Shown here: one piece after another, positions 36,274 through 50,596 of the stretch
Position numbering within the stretch: the first letter of the stretch is position 1
How the letters are laid out: each line of letters begins with the position of its first letter
Assembly: GCA_965235115.1 (NCBI GenBank)
Contig: OZ249439.1
Location: 13,702,001 to 13,766,000, forward strand
Direction: 5' to 3'
DNA length: 64,000 bases
Origin: Laetmonice hystrix
Taxonomy: Eukaryota
Made by a program: the position numbers and the translations under genes
The notes under the pieces: generated by a model
The model's database searches: none
The model's input: only the letters and a program-made list of their open reading frames with translations
What the model was told of the DNA's origin: nothing

Positions 36274-37565
36274 TTAAAGGTGCAAAATTTGAGGAATCGA
36301 ATTTTTGTAATGTTTTGTATATTTTGTGTGGCGTTATATAGTTAAATGTAAAACACAAAATTTTGGGTCACTTGGGGCCACGCCCTCTCTCCAATGCTAC
36401 TGAATTTCGCTATTTCAGGGTAGGAATACTTATTTCGGACCTCTTTACGCTAGAGTGACGCAGCCAGCTAATATATTTCGGGTTTTTCGGACCAAACAAC
36501 CTCCAAAGACCTCCAATATTCTAGTTAGACTAGGTTTACTTAGTCGGGGATGTATGATAGACATTAGACACTTTTAGTTTCCCTGGGGAAGCATGCTCCC
36601 AGACTCCCCTTGCAGCAAGTTCAGCTTCGTTTGTCCCCAGGGACTGGGACGTCCATCATAAGCAGAAACGAAACGAGTCCAAAGAAATAGTGGGGGCCAC
36701 TAGTTAATAACCAGTTGGTCTGTCATGGACTCCTATGTAAATAAACGATCTCGTTTATAACTAGATCTTAGAAAGACAGGCAGGCCCCCTTGTGTTTTGA
36801 TGGGTGATGATGGCTTAAAACTGTTAAATTTCCGTTATTGCGTTCCGGGCTTTTAACTTTGTAAGGAACCGGAAACTAACCCTACTCCGGACCCATTAAA
36901 TCTACCAATAGCTGCGACAACCATGGCAAGACGGTCGGATATCATAAACTTGGCAGAGAAGGAGAACACTAATGCAATTTTGTCTCTTCTGAAAGCAACC
37001 ACTAACAGCACAACACAGTGCACAATATTCATTACTGGAGTTTCACAAGGCCGCGGAGAACACGTTGGCAGGACTGTCGACACACACCATCCTAAATGTT
37101 CGGGTCTATCGCGTGATTTTTGTCAACCTACACAGAGTGCGTGACCTTGGAATGTCCTTCAGCTAAACGCTGACAATACAGTTGTGCAAATCAGGCCCGT
37201 CCTATCTCCCCCCGCCAATGACCAGGGGTCGTCATACTGAACGTCACGTCATCGAAAACGAGGGGGAATTCCCACGGCGGCAGAGCCCCAGGCCACTGCT
37301 TTGGGGGCCGGGTAATATAAAGTTTTCGGGCCACCGTAATATTAAAGAGATTAGAATAATCTCGTGTAAAATACCAACATGAACGCTGGATAATTCGCTA
37401 CAACATTCCAAAGTTTACAGGACAACAAGCAACATTTACTTGTTCCTGAACATTAAAACACCACCTGGACACCATGCACAACAAGGGTATCCGGACGGCA
37501 CACTTTGAGGCTTAGTCAGGCACTGCTCAATCTAATTAAAATTAGACCTAAGTTATTTCGCATGG

Positions 37566-37758
37566 GCTCCATACTAGGATCTAACGGCATCCCGTATGGG
37601 GTCACCTCAGGCTGCCCTTTGACCCAGATTCAAGTGTGCCGTTGAAAATGCCTACGAGCGCACACCGAAGATTTCGTAGGCGACTTGCTGATTGGCTGAA
37701 TCCAGAGGTCAACCTGAGGTGACCCCTAATGGGATGTCCTTAGATCTAGGTATGGAGC
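37566..37758. mobile_element. Foldback/MITE element with ~56-bp TIRs and an inner 8-bp inverted repeat
   Basis: Left arm GCTCCATACTAGGATCTAACGGCATCCCGTATGGGGTCACCTCAGG matches the reverse complement of the right arm at ~80%; inner GCCTACGA/TCGTAGGC. Confidence 0.8.
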
Positions 37759-37854
37759 GCAGACAGAACTGACACAGCCGAGAAAGACGCGGAATACCAA
37801 GATCTAATTTTAATTAGATTGGGCACTGCTGGGCCTCTCAGGTTATGCAGTTTT

Positions 37855-38895
37855 CTTAGAGCATGGTCAGGGAATGCTGGTAGTCTGCGAGCATGGTCAG
37901 GGATTGCTATCAGTCTCCGAGAGCATGGTCAGGGATTGCTATCAGTCTCTGATAGCATGGTCAGGGATTGCTATCAGTCTCCGAGAGCATGGTCAGGATT
38001 GCTATCAGTCTCTGAGAGCATGGTCAGGGATTGCTATCAGTCTCTGATAGCATGGTCAGGGATTGCTATCAGTCTCCGAGAGCATGGTCAGGGATTGCTA
38101 GCAGTCTCCGAGAGCATGGTCAGGATTGCTATCAGTCTCTGAGAACATGGTCAGGGATTGCTATCAGTCTCCGAGAGCATGGTCAGGGATTGCTATCAGT
38201 CTCTGAAAGCATGGTCAGGGATTGCTATCAGTCTCCGAGAGCATGGTCAGGGATTGCTATCAGTCTCCGAGAGCATGGTCGGGGATTGCTGGCAGTCTCT
38301 GAGAGCATGGTCAGGGATTGCTATCAGTCTCCGAGAGCATGGTCAGGGATTGCTAGCAGTCTCCGAGAGCATGGTCAGGGATTGCTGGCAGTCTCCGAGA
38401 GCATGGTCAGGGATTGCTGGCAGTCTCCGAGAGCATGGTCAGGGATTGCTATCAGTCTCCGAGAGCATGGTCAGGGATTGCTGGCAGTCTCCGAGAGCAT
38501 GGTCAGGGATTGCTTGCAGTCTCCGAGAGCATGGTCAGGGATTGCTTGCAGTCTCTGAGAGCATGGTCAGGGATTGCTTGCAGTCTCTGAGAGCATGGTC
38601 AGGGATTGCTTGCAGTCTCCGAGAGCATGGTCAGGGATTGCTATCAGTCTCCGAGAGCATGGTCAGGGATTGGTATCAGTCTCCGAGAGCATGGTCAGGG
38701 ATTGCTATCAGTCTCTGAGAGCATGGTCAGGGATTGCTTGCAGTCTCCGAGAGCATGGTCAGGGATTGCTATCAGTCTCCGAGAGCATGGTCAGGGATTG
38801 CTGGCAGTCTCCGAGAGCATGGTCAGGGATTGCTGGCAGTCTCTGGGAGTGGGAGCATGGTCAGGGACTGTTGGTAGTCTCTGCGAGCATGGTCT
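37855..38895. repeat. Minisatellite, 32-bp unit x~32
   Basis: Unit GAGAGCATGGTCAGGGATTGCTATCAGTCTCC. Confidence 0.97.
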
Positions 38896-41866
38896 AGGGA
38901 CTTTTCACTGTCTATGAGGCCATGGTCTGAGATTGCTGACAGGCTCTAAGGTCTTGGGCTGCCATCAGTCTGTAACAGCATAGTCTGGGAGCAGAACTGT
39001 AAGCAGTTTTGACTTTGGACAACCTTTGAAATCATGTTCAGGGAGAGTTGATAATGGGGCAGTGTCTCAAAGTGTGATCACGAGTATGATCAGGATACCA
39101 TCTTCTCAACTCAGACTGGCTCAATGGATGCGGCTCCATGGATGTGGTTCAGGGACAGAGACCTGTGTTTCCAACCCTGCCTGGGGATGAAGTTGAAGCC
39201 TTAATTCTGGAGGCTTGCAGTAACCCTGGCCACATGGTCCAGTCCCTCAACACACCCTTACCACGCCGCGGGGTCCTTACAACCTCCCCAGGATAGATCG
39301 TACGTTTTATCACTCACGTTGTTATCGGAATGTCCATGATTAGGCCACAGTGGATCTCTATAAACGTATGCCAACCTGTCTTATCTATGTCTATGGGCTA
39401 ACCCTTCCATACGTTTTCTTCGCCCACCAACACAACCACAAAATATTATAATGCGCTATAAAACCAAAACTTTATGATGACATACTTTCCTGGCAGGCCA
39501 GATTTGTGCGTATAGTGCTCAGAGGAACAGAGCATCTGGCCCACTTTCCACGAAAACTTACCCTTAAGCAAGAAAACAAGATTGAAAGGTTCCAGAAAAA
39601 GACAGAAGAAAAATATAGAAAAGAAAGTCGTCAAACGTACAATCCAAGGTAGCGGCCTATGCGGTGATCGTTTGCAGACGGCGGTCCACCAGAATTCGGA
39701 GGGGCACGTGGCGGCAGTGAGTTCAGGGTGGCAGGGCCCGGCCACCAGGCTGAGGGGTGGGCCGCACGGGCTGATGGACGGAGGCAGTCCGGGGGTGATC
39801 ATGGCTGAGATCAGTCAGTCTGTGTACCAGTAGGAGGAGGAGGGGCACCGCCTCCGTCTTGTCCTCAGTAAGGTCACGTAGGACTTCACACACAGACAGT
39901 AAGACTCCAAGAGCTGTGCTCAACTGTATCAACTCCAATCTTCACACCAGAGGTATATTATATCCGCTCGTCCGTTAGGTATAATCCCAGAGATAAATAT
40001 AAATATGCCTGACTCACAATCGTGATCAGTTGTCGTGTTCTTGCGGGCTCAATAACCTGTGGTTGCTAAGTGACAGAGCCACTGAAACTTATCCACTGTG
40101 GAGGTGTGGCGTCACTTCTCCCCCACGAAAAAAACCCAGGGAGATCCTGTACGAGTTCTTCTCTCCCCCTGCCGTAAAAAAGTGCACTTGTGGCAAGTTG
40201 TGCTAGCTTGCAGCAGCGGCAGGAGGTGCCGACTGAGGTTTGACCCTGAGTCGGCCTGGTGGTGGTGGTGGTGGTGGTCAGGAAGCCGTCCTCCTTCCGC
40301 TGTGTATGTGTAGGCACTAAGTTAGCAGTCAGACCCCGCTGTGTCAAATCCTTCTGTCGGGAGTCGGATGACGAATTGTATGACGTAAAAGACGATGGTG
40401 GCGACTGTGGCTGCTGCGGTGGTGGTGGCTGTGGACTGGGAGGGGTGGGAGGGGGCGGGAGGGGAGGAGTGGGGAGAGGCCGCTGGCAGGAAGGAAGGAG
40501 GGGACGGTAGGCGTGGCGTTACGCATCGGCAAACTGCCGCTCTGGCAACGTTTACCATGACGACATACTGTACGGTAATATGACACACGGCCTTGCGCAC
40601 ACAATGCTATACCGGGCAGCGGCGGGCAGCGGCGGGCAGCGGTAGGAGCGGCAGGGGCGGAGCCCGGGACAACAGAGACACTGTGGTCCCGGAGGTCGGT
40701 GGGAGGAGGGTGGCGACATGAACCCCAAACACAGGCAAACCCTCCAAACGCACAACACCGACGGCACTCCATTCTCCCGTTCCGGGACTATGGTAAAATA
40801 AAGCTACACACCTCCTTCCCTCCAAATTAAAAAAAAAACACAACAAAAAACCCACACACATCCCCATTTATCAGTGTATAGTCCCACGTAGAAAAACCTC
40901 CCCCTCACTGTCAACAACATTTCCACAAAGTCTTTTCAACTTCCCACTGGTTCGAACTTCTCAAAAATGGAATTATGGATAGGCCTACGTGTCTCCCATA
41001 CAACACGCCTCGGCCTGTATAGAAGTTCACCTGGATCTCTTAGTTGAATAGAATGGACTACACCAAAGAAAGCGTTCTCCTTGACTCCACTAATAGCAAA
41101 TTTATTAGGCCTATATCCCAATGAAATGTTTCAGTGTAATGACATCAACAATTGGTCGAGTTATAAGGGCACAAAATGTTCCGCTACCATCATCTCTCCC
41201 AAGATAACCATTGAGATATTGTGCCCAGCCGAGCAATCATTTGTGACGATGTATGTTTCCATGACACCCATCATATATATCACATTATATATCATATCAT
41301 ATATCACATTGGAATATAGGATCCTTATGTAACTTTGCATAGAACCCATAAATACATGTATATATTTATGTTTATTTTTAACTATAGAGGCAAGCCTTCC
41401 CTACTTGGTGTTGCATGCCTCATTCACCCACATTGAAAATGTCGCCCGCGGATCTCTCGGGCCTGTGATCCGCTTTCAGGACAGCGCAATTTTTCAGCGC
41501 TTTATCTGAACTTGGTGAGCTTGTGACCTGCACATGTTTTGTGACGTCGACTACTTCACCCTCTCGGCCTTGAGAAACCCCTGGATCCCTCTCACGGGGT
41601 GCGTCCTTCACCCTGACCGTGCACCCGAGCAGTTTAAGGGTTACGGCCAGCCTTCACCCCGGCCAAGCTCCCGGCCTCGCCTGCGGACCATCAGGGGGTT
41701 CCTACTTGTGGTCCGTGTGGTATATCTTTGGTTAACCATCACTTTATTACCATCGGCATGCATGGATTCACAACGCCTCACTAAAAACACATGGAGACAT
41801 GCATGCATGCACGCCCCGGCCTGTGTGCATGCACGCCACTGGTGTTGACAAACAATGTGAGCCTGA

Positions 41867-41968
41867 TCCAACCATGAACTGATCCAACCATGAACTGATC
41901 CAACCATGAACTGATCCAACCATGAACTGATCCAACCATGAACTGATCCAACCATGAACTGATCCAAC
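41867..41968. repeat. Minisatellite, 16-bp unit x6
   Basis: CTGATCCAACCATGAA. Confidence 0.95.
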
Positions 41969-44301
41969 CCAATTATCCCTACCCTCCCCCAGCCACCCGG
42001 CCTCCGCGGCCGCCACTCCCGGGCTCTGCGCTCCACCACACTCACAGACAGTGACGTCACCCTACAGCCGTCTTCAGTTGACACTTAGTAAACCCCTGCG
42101 CCATCATGCTGATGTCCCCAGCAAACAGTCCCTGGCCCCGACTGAGCACACCCCCACCCCCCATGACATTCCACCCCCCCCCCCCCCCCCAGCCGGTGGC
42201 AGATCATGGACACCACCGATAACTGCCATGACAATCCCAACCATGGAATAATCGGTTTTCTGGTTTTAATAAATTGTTTGCCTGAACTCAATCAAGTTAA
42301 CCTCAGTCTGCATGCGGCCGCTATACCAGTCACGACGTTTGTTTCAAACAGCCTGCATGTATTCAAGTACGAATTCAGTGTTGCTCTAACCCCCAAAAAA
42401 TTAATAATAACTACATGTATATTAAATGTGCGTACTTTCACCCGACACAGTCCTGCGTGAAGGTGAATGCACCTTCACCCGTTGGCAATGTTACGTTTCT
42501 CCGCCTCTATTTTGCTGACGCCTTGCACAATTTCTGGCTGGTGCCAGTGGGTCGTGAAACTCTGTCGTCTCGTTACGGTAGAGTTTCCACTCAAACAACC
42601 TGTGTCGATGGGAAATGGCCAACTACTGCGTGCAGTGGTGACATACTCGTCAAGCTGCCTGTCACGCCGATACCTTACTTTTTCTTAGAATTCAGTTCGA
42701 TCCAAGTCGGTCAAGGTCGAGTAAAGTCGATTCCTGAATAGAGCAGCAGATGGGCAAACAAAGATATGCTCAAGAGTAATTTTAACCAATTTCAAACTAT
42801 ACTGGATTTAATATGATAAGTTATCGCTAGAAATCTTCGGTCGATGGCACAGACGGTGGCTGGTTATGGGTTACGATCTGGGCCACCTCTAGCGCCTGTT
42901 ATCATTCTGGCTTTAGCGTCCGTGGCACCATTATGAATGACACTGGGAGTCTACGGGGCCCAGCCTATACATTGTACATGGCACTGATAGGGTAACAGAC
43001 GGAGATCTACACATTGTACTACAAGAGTAGCTCGGAACCCTCATCATGCTGTGGGTAAATACACCCTGGTGAGTATCAGTCGCACCTGTGGTTCACCCCA
43101 TATACTGTTAAAAGTACCACTAAACACCCATAGGCCATAAATCCTACCCCACCCCACTCCATCTACCACCCAACACATACTTCCCTTTAACTACGCAAAA
43201 ACTACATAATTACAAACTAAATGCACTGAGGCATAAAAGCTACCAAATGTCATTGAGGGTGGGGGTGCATTCCCACTGCATGAGCAATGTCATGTCCCAG
43301 TAGCCACCAACAAAGCCCTTTTCGTCGACATTTCCCCCTAACTGCTACCTGACAAAGGGGGGGGGGGCTCGTTTTAGACCAAATAATGTGTTAGGTGTAG
43401 GGATTGTATGGAGGCGACCCTTCCCACCACCGTCACCACCCCTTGGTCGTTGTTCTTCCTCTCCCTCTACAAACATGTCATCACTCAGATAACATCCGAT
43501 CACAACCTGCATATATTCCTATTCTTCTCCCAAATGGCACTAGTCACGACTGTTTTTGTTACAAAATGTAACAAGGTACAAATGTACATCAAGCTTTTCT
43601 CCATCGACGATTTTTCGATATATCTCACGAGTACACGCCGATAAATCAACATGTTTCAGGTTTTGTTACGTACTTATTCATGGAGGAATATCGACTTTTT
43701 GTCGTTTCAACCTATCTAAAAAAAGTCGGATATTAAAATGTTTTAAGGCTATACCATGAATTATGCAATAAACAATTGTGCGACTAAGAACCAAACACAC
43801 AGACTGTGAGTGTTATTTTCACTGGCTTTTCACGTTGATATACCTACCTTCAGGCGACGGTTGCATGATATTTCGAAGTACAAAAATGTATTTTCAATGT
43901 GAATTTAATTAACTGAAGCCCTGGTTCTATTAAACTCGAACTTAAAACACATACATGTACGGGTTGACTTGGATGATGTCTCAGAAAGTTCAAAGCGCAC
44001 TCACTACAAAGGTAACTTTTAGAAAGGCCCTTTTCTCCATCTCCACGTGGGTACAAATACTCTAAAGATATAACATGCCAATTTCTCACTAAAATTACAC
44101 TTTCCACTTGTGTACAGCTGACCCAGAATACAAAGTGTGGTGATTGTCATCAGTCATGGAACGTGTACTTGCCCCCCCCCCACCCCCCCCCCCCCGAGAT
44201 ATGAACGTGTGTTACCCCCGTCCCCACCATCTGAAGCATCTATTTGGAGGCGGAACCAATGTCGGTAAATAGATTGCAGCCCATCTCTTTGTCTCCTAGT
44301 A

Positions 44302-44779
44302 GTATCTACATGTATAACAAACTGTCCCCTGGAATCAACCTCCTCACTGGCATGCTGACCCATAAATCATTGAGAACCACTTATCTACATGTATAACAAA
44401 CTGTCCCCTGGAATCAACCTCCTCACTGGCATGCTGACCCATAAATCATTGAGAACCACTTATCTACATGTATAACAAACTGTCCCCTGGAATCAACCTC
44501 CTCACTGGCATGCTGACCCATAAATCATTGAGAACCACTTATCTACATGTATAACAAACTGTCCCCTGGAATCAACCTCCTCACTGGCATGCTGACCCAT
44601 AAATCATTGAGAACCACTTATCTACATGTATAACAAACTGTCCCCTGGAATCAACCTCCTCACTGGCATGCTGACCCATAAATCATTGAGAACCACTTAT
44701 CTACATGTATAACAAACTGTCCCCTGGAATCAACCTCCTCACTGGCATGCTGACCCATAAATCATTGAGAACCACTTAT
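44302..44779. repeat. Minisatellite, 79-bp unit x6, essentially identical copies
   Basis: ACTTATCTAC at 44379, 44458 and onward. Confidence 0.97.
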
Positions 44780-45312
44780 AAAATGCAGCCAGTCGTGATG
44801 TGCAATCCATCACTTATTCATAACCAGAGCCAAAACTAGTCTTGAAAAACACAAGTTAATGTAAGGTAGAAATTGGTAGGTTATATCCCGGTGTATATAT
44901 CCAATGGCCCTTGTCAGGGCTATGGATCTTTACTTCCGACATCATTTCGTGGGGTTTAAGTTATCACGGACCCCAGATCCACACACACACACAGGCATTG
45001 ATGGGTGTTACACATGAGATTCCTTTTCACAGCTTTCACCACGGGATGGTGTTGCCAGGTTGTTTTTGTGCCTGAGTACTTCCTTGGCTGATGTCCTACT
45101 ATATACATTCTGCACTGAGAATGGAATGGCTGTGGCCCCCTGAGTTTGGCCCGGTGTACATGTAGTATATGGGGCGCGTTACTTCCAGCTGCCTGGGTTC
45201 AGGCCCTCAGCGAGCCTCAGCTGCAGGAGTCTGTACGGCCTGCTGGACCTCCATCAGAGGACCTCCTTGCCGACACTCCTGACTGACCCCAGTGTTGTCG
45301 TCACCCAGGACT

Positions 45313-45446
45313 GATTGGCTGTCAGTGGTTCCCCACGTGTTTCCCCCTGACCTGTGACCTTGAGATGAAACGTTTGTGTAACCTCACGTCATGACGTGTC
45401 ACGTGACCATGACCCAACCAATCACGACCCCCGGCGGGGTGGGACC
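45313..45446. promoter_or_regulatory. Promoter-like cluster: two CCAAT boxes, E-boxes, CRE-like sites and a GC box
   Basis: TGATTGG ~45313, CACGTG ~45333, CACGTCATGACGTG, GTCACGTGAC 45398-45407, CCAATCA 45419, GGCGGGGTGGG. Confidence 0.45.
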
Positions 45447-45792
45447 ACAGACCACACTCAAATATCACATCATTGATTGTGTAACGAGGCATGCTGCCCC
45501 ATCATTTGGAGGGGGGGGGGGGGGGTCAAATTAACCGAAGGAAGACACAGCCTGACAGTCAAGGACCAGCTCGCATGTTCCACAGCCATAACTAGAGCGA
45601 GGTCCACAGTCTCGTAAACCAAATTGTTTAGAAACCCTTTAAAGTATATCTCCGGCTATAAATCTCTGTGTATGTCTAGGTACGGGTAATAAAATCATCC
45701 AAGTCGGTTACGGTAAGCGGGGTCGGTCAAATACAAACAAATACTTCGACAGCACAGCGCTACACTAAGTCAATCAGAACACAAGACCGCAT

Positions 45793-46300
45793 TTCTCCCT
45801 ATTCTGATCCCATCGGATGGCCCCTAGATATCTCTCCCTATTCTGATCCCATCGGATGGCCCCTGGATATCTCTCTCTATTCTGATCCCATCGGATGGCC
45901 CCTAGATATCTCTCTCTATTCTGATCCCATCGGATGACCCCTAGATATCTCTCCCAATTCTGATCCCATCGGATGGCCCCTAGATATCTCTCCCTATTCT
46001 GATCCCATCGGATGGCCCCTAGATATCTCTCCCTATTCTGATCCCATCGGATGGCCCCTAGATATCTCTCCCTATTCTGATCCCATCGGATGGCCCCTAG
46101 ACATCTCTCCCTATTCTGATCCCATCGGATGGCCCCTAGATATCTCTCCCTATTCTGATCCCATCGGATGGCCCCTAGATATCTCTCCCTATTCTGATCC
46201 CATCGGATGGCCCCTAGATATCTCTCCCTATTCTGATCCCATCGGATGACCCCTAGATATCTCTCCCTATTCTGATCCCATCGGATGGCCCCTAGATATC
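45793..46300. repeat. Minisatellite, 39-bp unit x~13
   Basis: Unit TCTCTCCCTATTCTGATCCCATCGGATGGCCCCTAGATA. Confidence 0.97.
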
Positions 46301-46421
46301 TTGATTCGCTCCTGAGATTTATCTACAAAGGAATAACAAGTTCTCTTCTCAGTTGCGTGGATCGGATTTTTAAAATCTGAAAAATTCGACCTGGTCAAGG
46401 TCCCCGCCCACCTCCCCAGGC

Positions 46422-47122
46422 CCCGGCCCACCGGGAGGGGTAGGGTAGGTCCCTGTGCCCCGGCCCACCGGGAGGGGTAGGGTAGGTCCCTGTCCCCCGG
46501 CCCACCGGGAGGGGTAGGGTAGGTCCCTGCCCCCCGGCCCACCGGGAGGGGTAGGGTAGGTCCCTGTCCCCCCGGCCCACCGGGTGGGGTAGGGTAGGTC
46601 CCTGTGCCCCGGCCCACCGGGAGGGGTAGGGTAGGTCCCTGTCCCCCGGCCCACCGGGTGGGGTAGGGCAGGTCCCTGTCTCCTGGCCCACCGGGAGGGG
46701 TAGGTTAGGTCCCTGTCCCCCGGCCCACCGGGAGGGGTAGGTTAGGTCGCTGTCCCCCCGGCCCACCGGGTGGGGTAGGGTAGGTCCCTGTCTCCTGGCC
46801 CACCGGGTGGGGTAGGGCAGGTCCCTGTCTCCTGGCCCACCGGGAGGGGTAGGGCCGGTCCCTGTCTCCTGGCCCACCGGGAGGGGTAGGGCCGGTCCCT
46901 GTCTCCTGGCCCACCGGGAGGGGTAGGTTAGGTCCCTGTCCCCCGGCCCACCGGGAGGGGTAGGTTAGGTCGCTGTCCCCCCGGCCCACCGGGTGGGGTA
47001 GGGTAGGTCCCTGTCTCCTGGCCCACCGGGTGGGGTAGGGCAGGTCCCTGTCTCCTGGCCCACCGGGAGGGGTAGGGCCGGTCCCTGTCTCCTGGCCCAC
47101 CGGGTGGGGTAGGGCAGGTCCC
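46422..47122. repeat. G-rich minisatellite, 36-37-bp unit x~19
   Basis: Unit GGCCCACCGGGAGGGGTAGGGTAGGTCCCTGTCCCC. Confidence 0.97.
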
Positions 47123-49285
47123 CGCCCCCAGCCCACAGGTCACCGAATCACCCTTCCCTATACGCACAAACATACAGACACAAACACACCATACAGTTTT
47201 TTAAAGCTAACCTTCCTTCAACATGACTCACTTCCCTATAACAAAGTGATACAAATTCCAGTTTATATTATCCACCGTGACTTAAAAAAAAAATTAAGCT
47301 TTCGACTTCCATTGAAAAGTCCATTTACAATGAAGTGATCTCAAAGTGAGCTGTTGAGATTCTTTATAGTTTATGTCAAAATATAGGTTGAGAGCCTGCG
47401 TGGTGGCGAGGATAAGCATGGCCCCCAGCTACGGCCGGCCAGGGTTGTAGAAATATTGGTCTGCTGTGAAGCGGTGAGTGAGGTCGGGTGTAAAGGACTA
47501 GAGGGGGAGGGGGGTTACTCCTGTCACCAGGACGGGTTGTGACGGCCAGCAGAGCCGACTGTCTCTACCCGGCCATCGTACTTATTGTGATGGGGACGTT
47601 TCAACACGTACGGCCCCAGTCTACCTGTCACCAGGCGCCGTCTGTAAGCCTACCTGCCCGCCCGCTCGTGGTCCGAGTGCCCCCTCCCCCCGTCCCATAC
47701 CATCTCCTGTGGTGGGCAGGGGAATAATTACAGCGGCAGGCGGCTGTGTCATGGCTGCTACAAAAATCTCAGTGCGCTTTTTTTCACTTGATGAAAAAGC
47801 TACAACACTTTCGTCCTTTTGATGATTTCTAATCATTGGGAAATTGGTTGAATCCTTTGTACAGAGAAACACGTCTACTCAAAACTGGACCCTCGTATAT
47901 ATACCACTGACCAAAAGGCTTCGATTTATGAATCTAGATCATTTGATATTATTGGCCAACCTATAACAAACAAGCTTGAACTCTTTGTGGGTTGGTAAGA
48001 ATTGTTTTATCGATCTATTAATGATGGACAAGCTTCAGGAACTATTTATTTATTTAATTCTCTATCATTCATTTGTTCCTTATTTATATATTTATTTATT
48101 TGTTTCTTTAGTTTTTTTTATATCAGGGGTCTTTGTTCTAACATTCACCCCCCCCCCCTCCCCAAGACTCGCCAATTTTGTAGGTAAACGTACGAGGAAG
48201 GCCAGCACACAAACCTGTAGGACCTACGAACCAGTGCCCCATGGCTACAAGACAAACGTCTTGTTGTATCTTCTCGTGCTGACAAAACCTGGCAGCTCTC
48301 CAATACAACTATCCGCAGTTCTTAGCGAGACACTGACCAGGAATGTCGGACGGTCAAGAAATCACTGACCCCACCCTGGTCATACAATGACTGACCATCC
48401 TCTAGGACGTCACATTATGCAGGCAGGTCACTGCACGGTCGGTCACTGCTTAATAAGCTGTTCACTGCATGGTTGGGTCACTGCATACGCCAGGTAGATA
48501 CAATATTTACACAGTGACGGACTCAATCGGTTCGCTCATACTACAGTGACTGCCCATGTACAGTTGTATGTTCACCACCAGCCAAGCGTGAGGTAAACTT
48601 TTCACGGGGTGGGTGTGGGACATCAAAGATGATAAATGTTTCTCCCGTCTACTGACTACACAGCTGTCAATCACGCCGATCACCGTTCACTTGTCCCTTC
48701 ATGTCTGCATTCCATCAGTCCCCAGTATAATGATCCCTTATGATATATGATGTCCCCAGGTCAAATGACCCATGAGGAAGACGACCCTAACATGGACAAC
48801 CTCACCCTTTCTCGTTGCTTTAACCCACAGCTGTCTAGTCTGCACTGTTGGTAGAAAGCAGAGAGTCGTGTTTTACTGTTACACTACGCCGGATAAAGTT
48901 CGTTTCTGAGGCAAGAGAAGTTATTTTGTGTGAACTGCATCCTGTGTGTGCATGCCTGACTGCCACCTTCACCGATCATCAACGAACCACTAGACCAGAT
49001 GGCCCCGGGGTTCTCAGGAAAGGCACTGTGCAGGTGGGCGTGTTCTGCCCTCTGGTGGGCGTTCACCTTATTGTCACGAGATGCCCTCTGACCTCGATAG
49101 AAACCCGCATTCTGTGTATATAGTTAGCACATTGTGACAGTGCAATGTGTGAGCGTATAGAGAGTGGCGGACAGGAGCTGGGTCAATGGGATCCTAGCTT
49201 GAAGATCCACTTGGATCTACTCCCGACACGGTTACAGGATCGATACACATGTTAACATGATTGCTGCTGCATCATGATGGAACTG

Positions 49286-49301
49286 TAGCGCCCCCTGGAG
49301 G
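49286..49301 (-). promoter_or_regulatory. CTCF motif
   Basis: Reverse strand CCTCCAGGGGGCGCTA versus consensus CCACCAGGGGGCGCTA. Confidence 0.6.
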
Positions 49302-50580
49302 CCGTCACGCAGGACGCTGTCTGTGTGTCTGATGACCCTCCCAGAGTCAGGTGGCCTCGGCCGGTTCCTAGTCCGCTCCGGCCAGTGGTGGATGGGGGGG
49401 GGGGGGGAGTATTTTCCGTCATAGAACTTTCTGAATAGACCGTTTTCCGTTGCCGGTTGCTATGCTGCCTCGTTTTGAAACTCGGTGCAAGCGCCTAGTT
49501 GACGACCGATGTCCGCCATAGTTAACCTATGGACAATCACTCGAGAGAGCTAATTTTGAACTGCTCACAAAACCTTGCAAAATAGAATATTTCGAAACTT
49601 GCACCGGCCCCCGACTACGATCATCCCTCCAAGAACGCGGTGTGACTATTTCTGGGTATAATAAAGCGTCACTGGTAGAGTTATCAAGTTGTGTTTGGGA
49701 CCTTGAACTGCCGATCGACAGCAGCCTGGCTGACATACCCGGTCCGGCTGACTGGTCTCTGGCGGGGGTCAAGCGCCGCGGGTGGCCGGGGCGCTTGTTT
49801 AGGTGCAAGGCCAAGGGGTAGCCGTTCACCAGGAGCTTTTCGTTTGCGGCATGCCATCATGACCAAAACAAATTATTAGTTTATTAATTTAAAATGTATT
49901 TTTATTGAGGCAGGAACCAGCTGTTGATTTCTCAATTTTAGGTATAGATCTAGGCCTATTCGTCAGTAGCCTAATTTTTTTTACATTTAAGGGGAGATAT
50001 TTTACATATATACGGGTAAAAATCAATTTTACATAGCATATAGGCAGAATGTTACATACTGGGAGAACGAAGATTTTTTACATAGGCCTACGGGCAGAAT
50101 TTTTACACATTGCGGGAGATTTAGACGGGCAAATATTTTTAGGGCCTATTACGATAGTTTTACACATGTATGAGGGGAATTTTACATAGGGTAGAGATCT
50201 ACTGTTTCCTGCCCCATATTTACTGTGGCTTGCACATGTTCCATACCAACAGTGCTTGTTACCTGGCATTAATGGTCAGTATCGAAATGTTTTCGACTGT
50301 CCTGAAGGTGTCTCGATGTTGCTAATATTGCTCAAGTCAAAGTTCCGACCGTTCAACTTCACACCACGATTAAAACTTATTTCTGCCTGTTACCGACGTT
50401 CCAAATTACTGTATCGTGTCACCCCCATTGTTTTATTAATCTGGCCACCCCGAACTGCTCATATTGACACGGAGAAACTCAAAATCCCAGATTTGCTCAA
50501 CACCCCTTTCTTCGTTGTTCGCTATTGCCCAAGCGCTAGCAACGCGGTGCGCTTGCACCGACTTTGGCGTCGCTAGGGAG

Positions 50581-50596
50581 CTTGTAGGTGGCGCTA
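50581..50596 (+). promoter_or_regulatory. CTCF-like motif in a CpG-rich patch
   Basis: CTTGTAGGTGGCGCTA. Confidence 0.45.

Noticed and set aside
37819-38917. Overlapping ORFs with SVSESMVRDC repeats
   Set aside because: A 32-bp unit cycles through all frames; artefact of the array
39723-39938. TEAVPLLLL resembling the KLF12 N-terminal MEAVPLLL
   Set aside because: Only a weak donor (CTG|GTACAC), no good acceptor, and the match is short and low-complexity; not enough to call an exon
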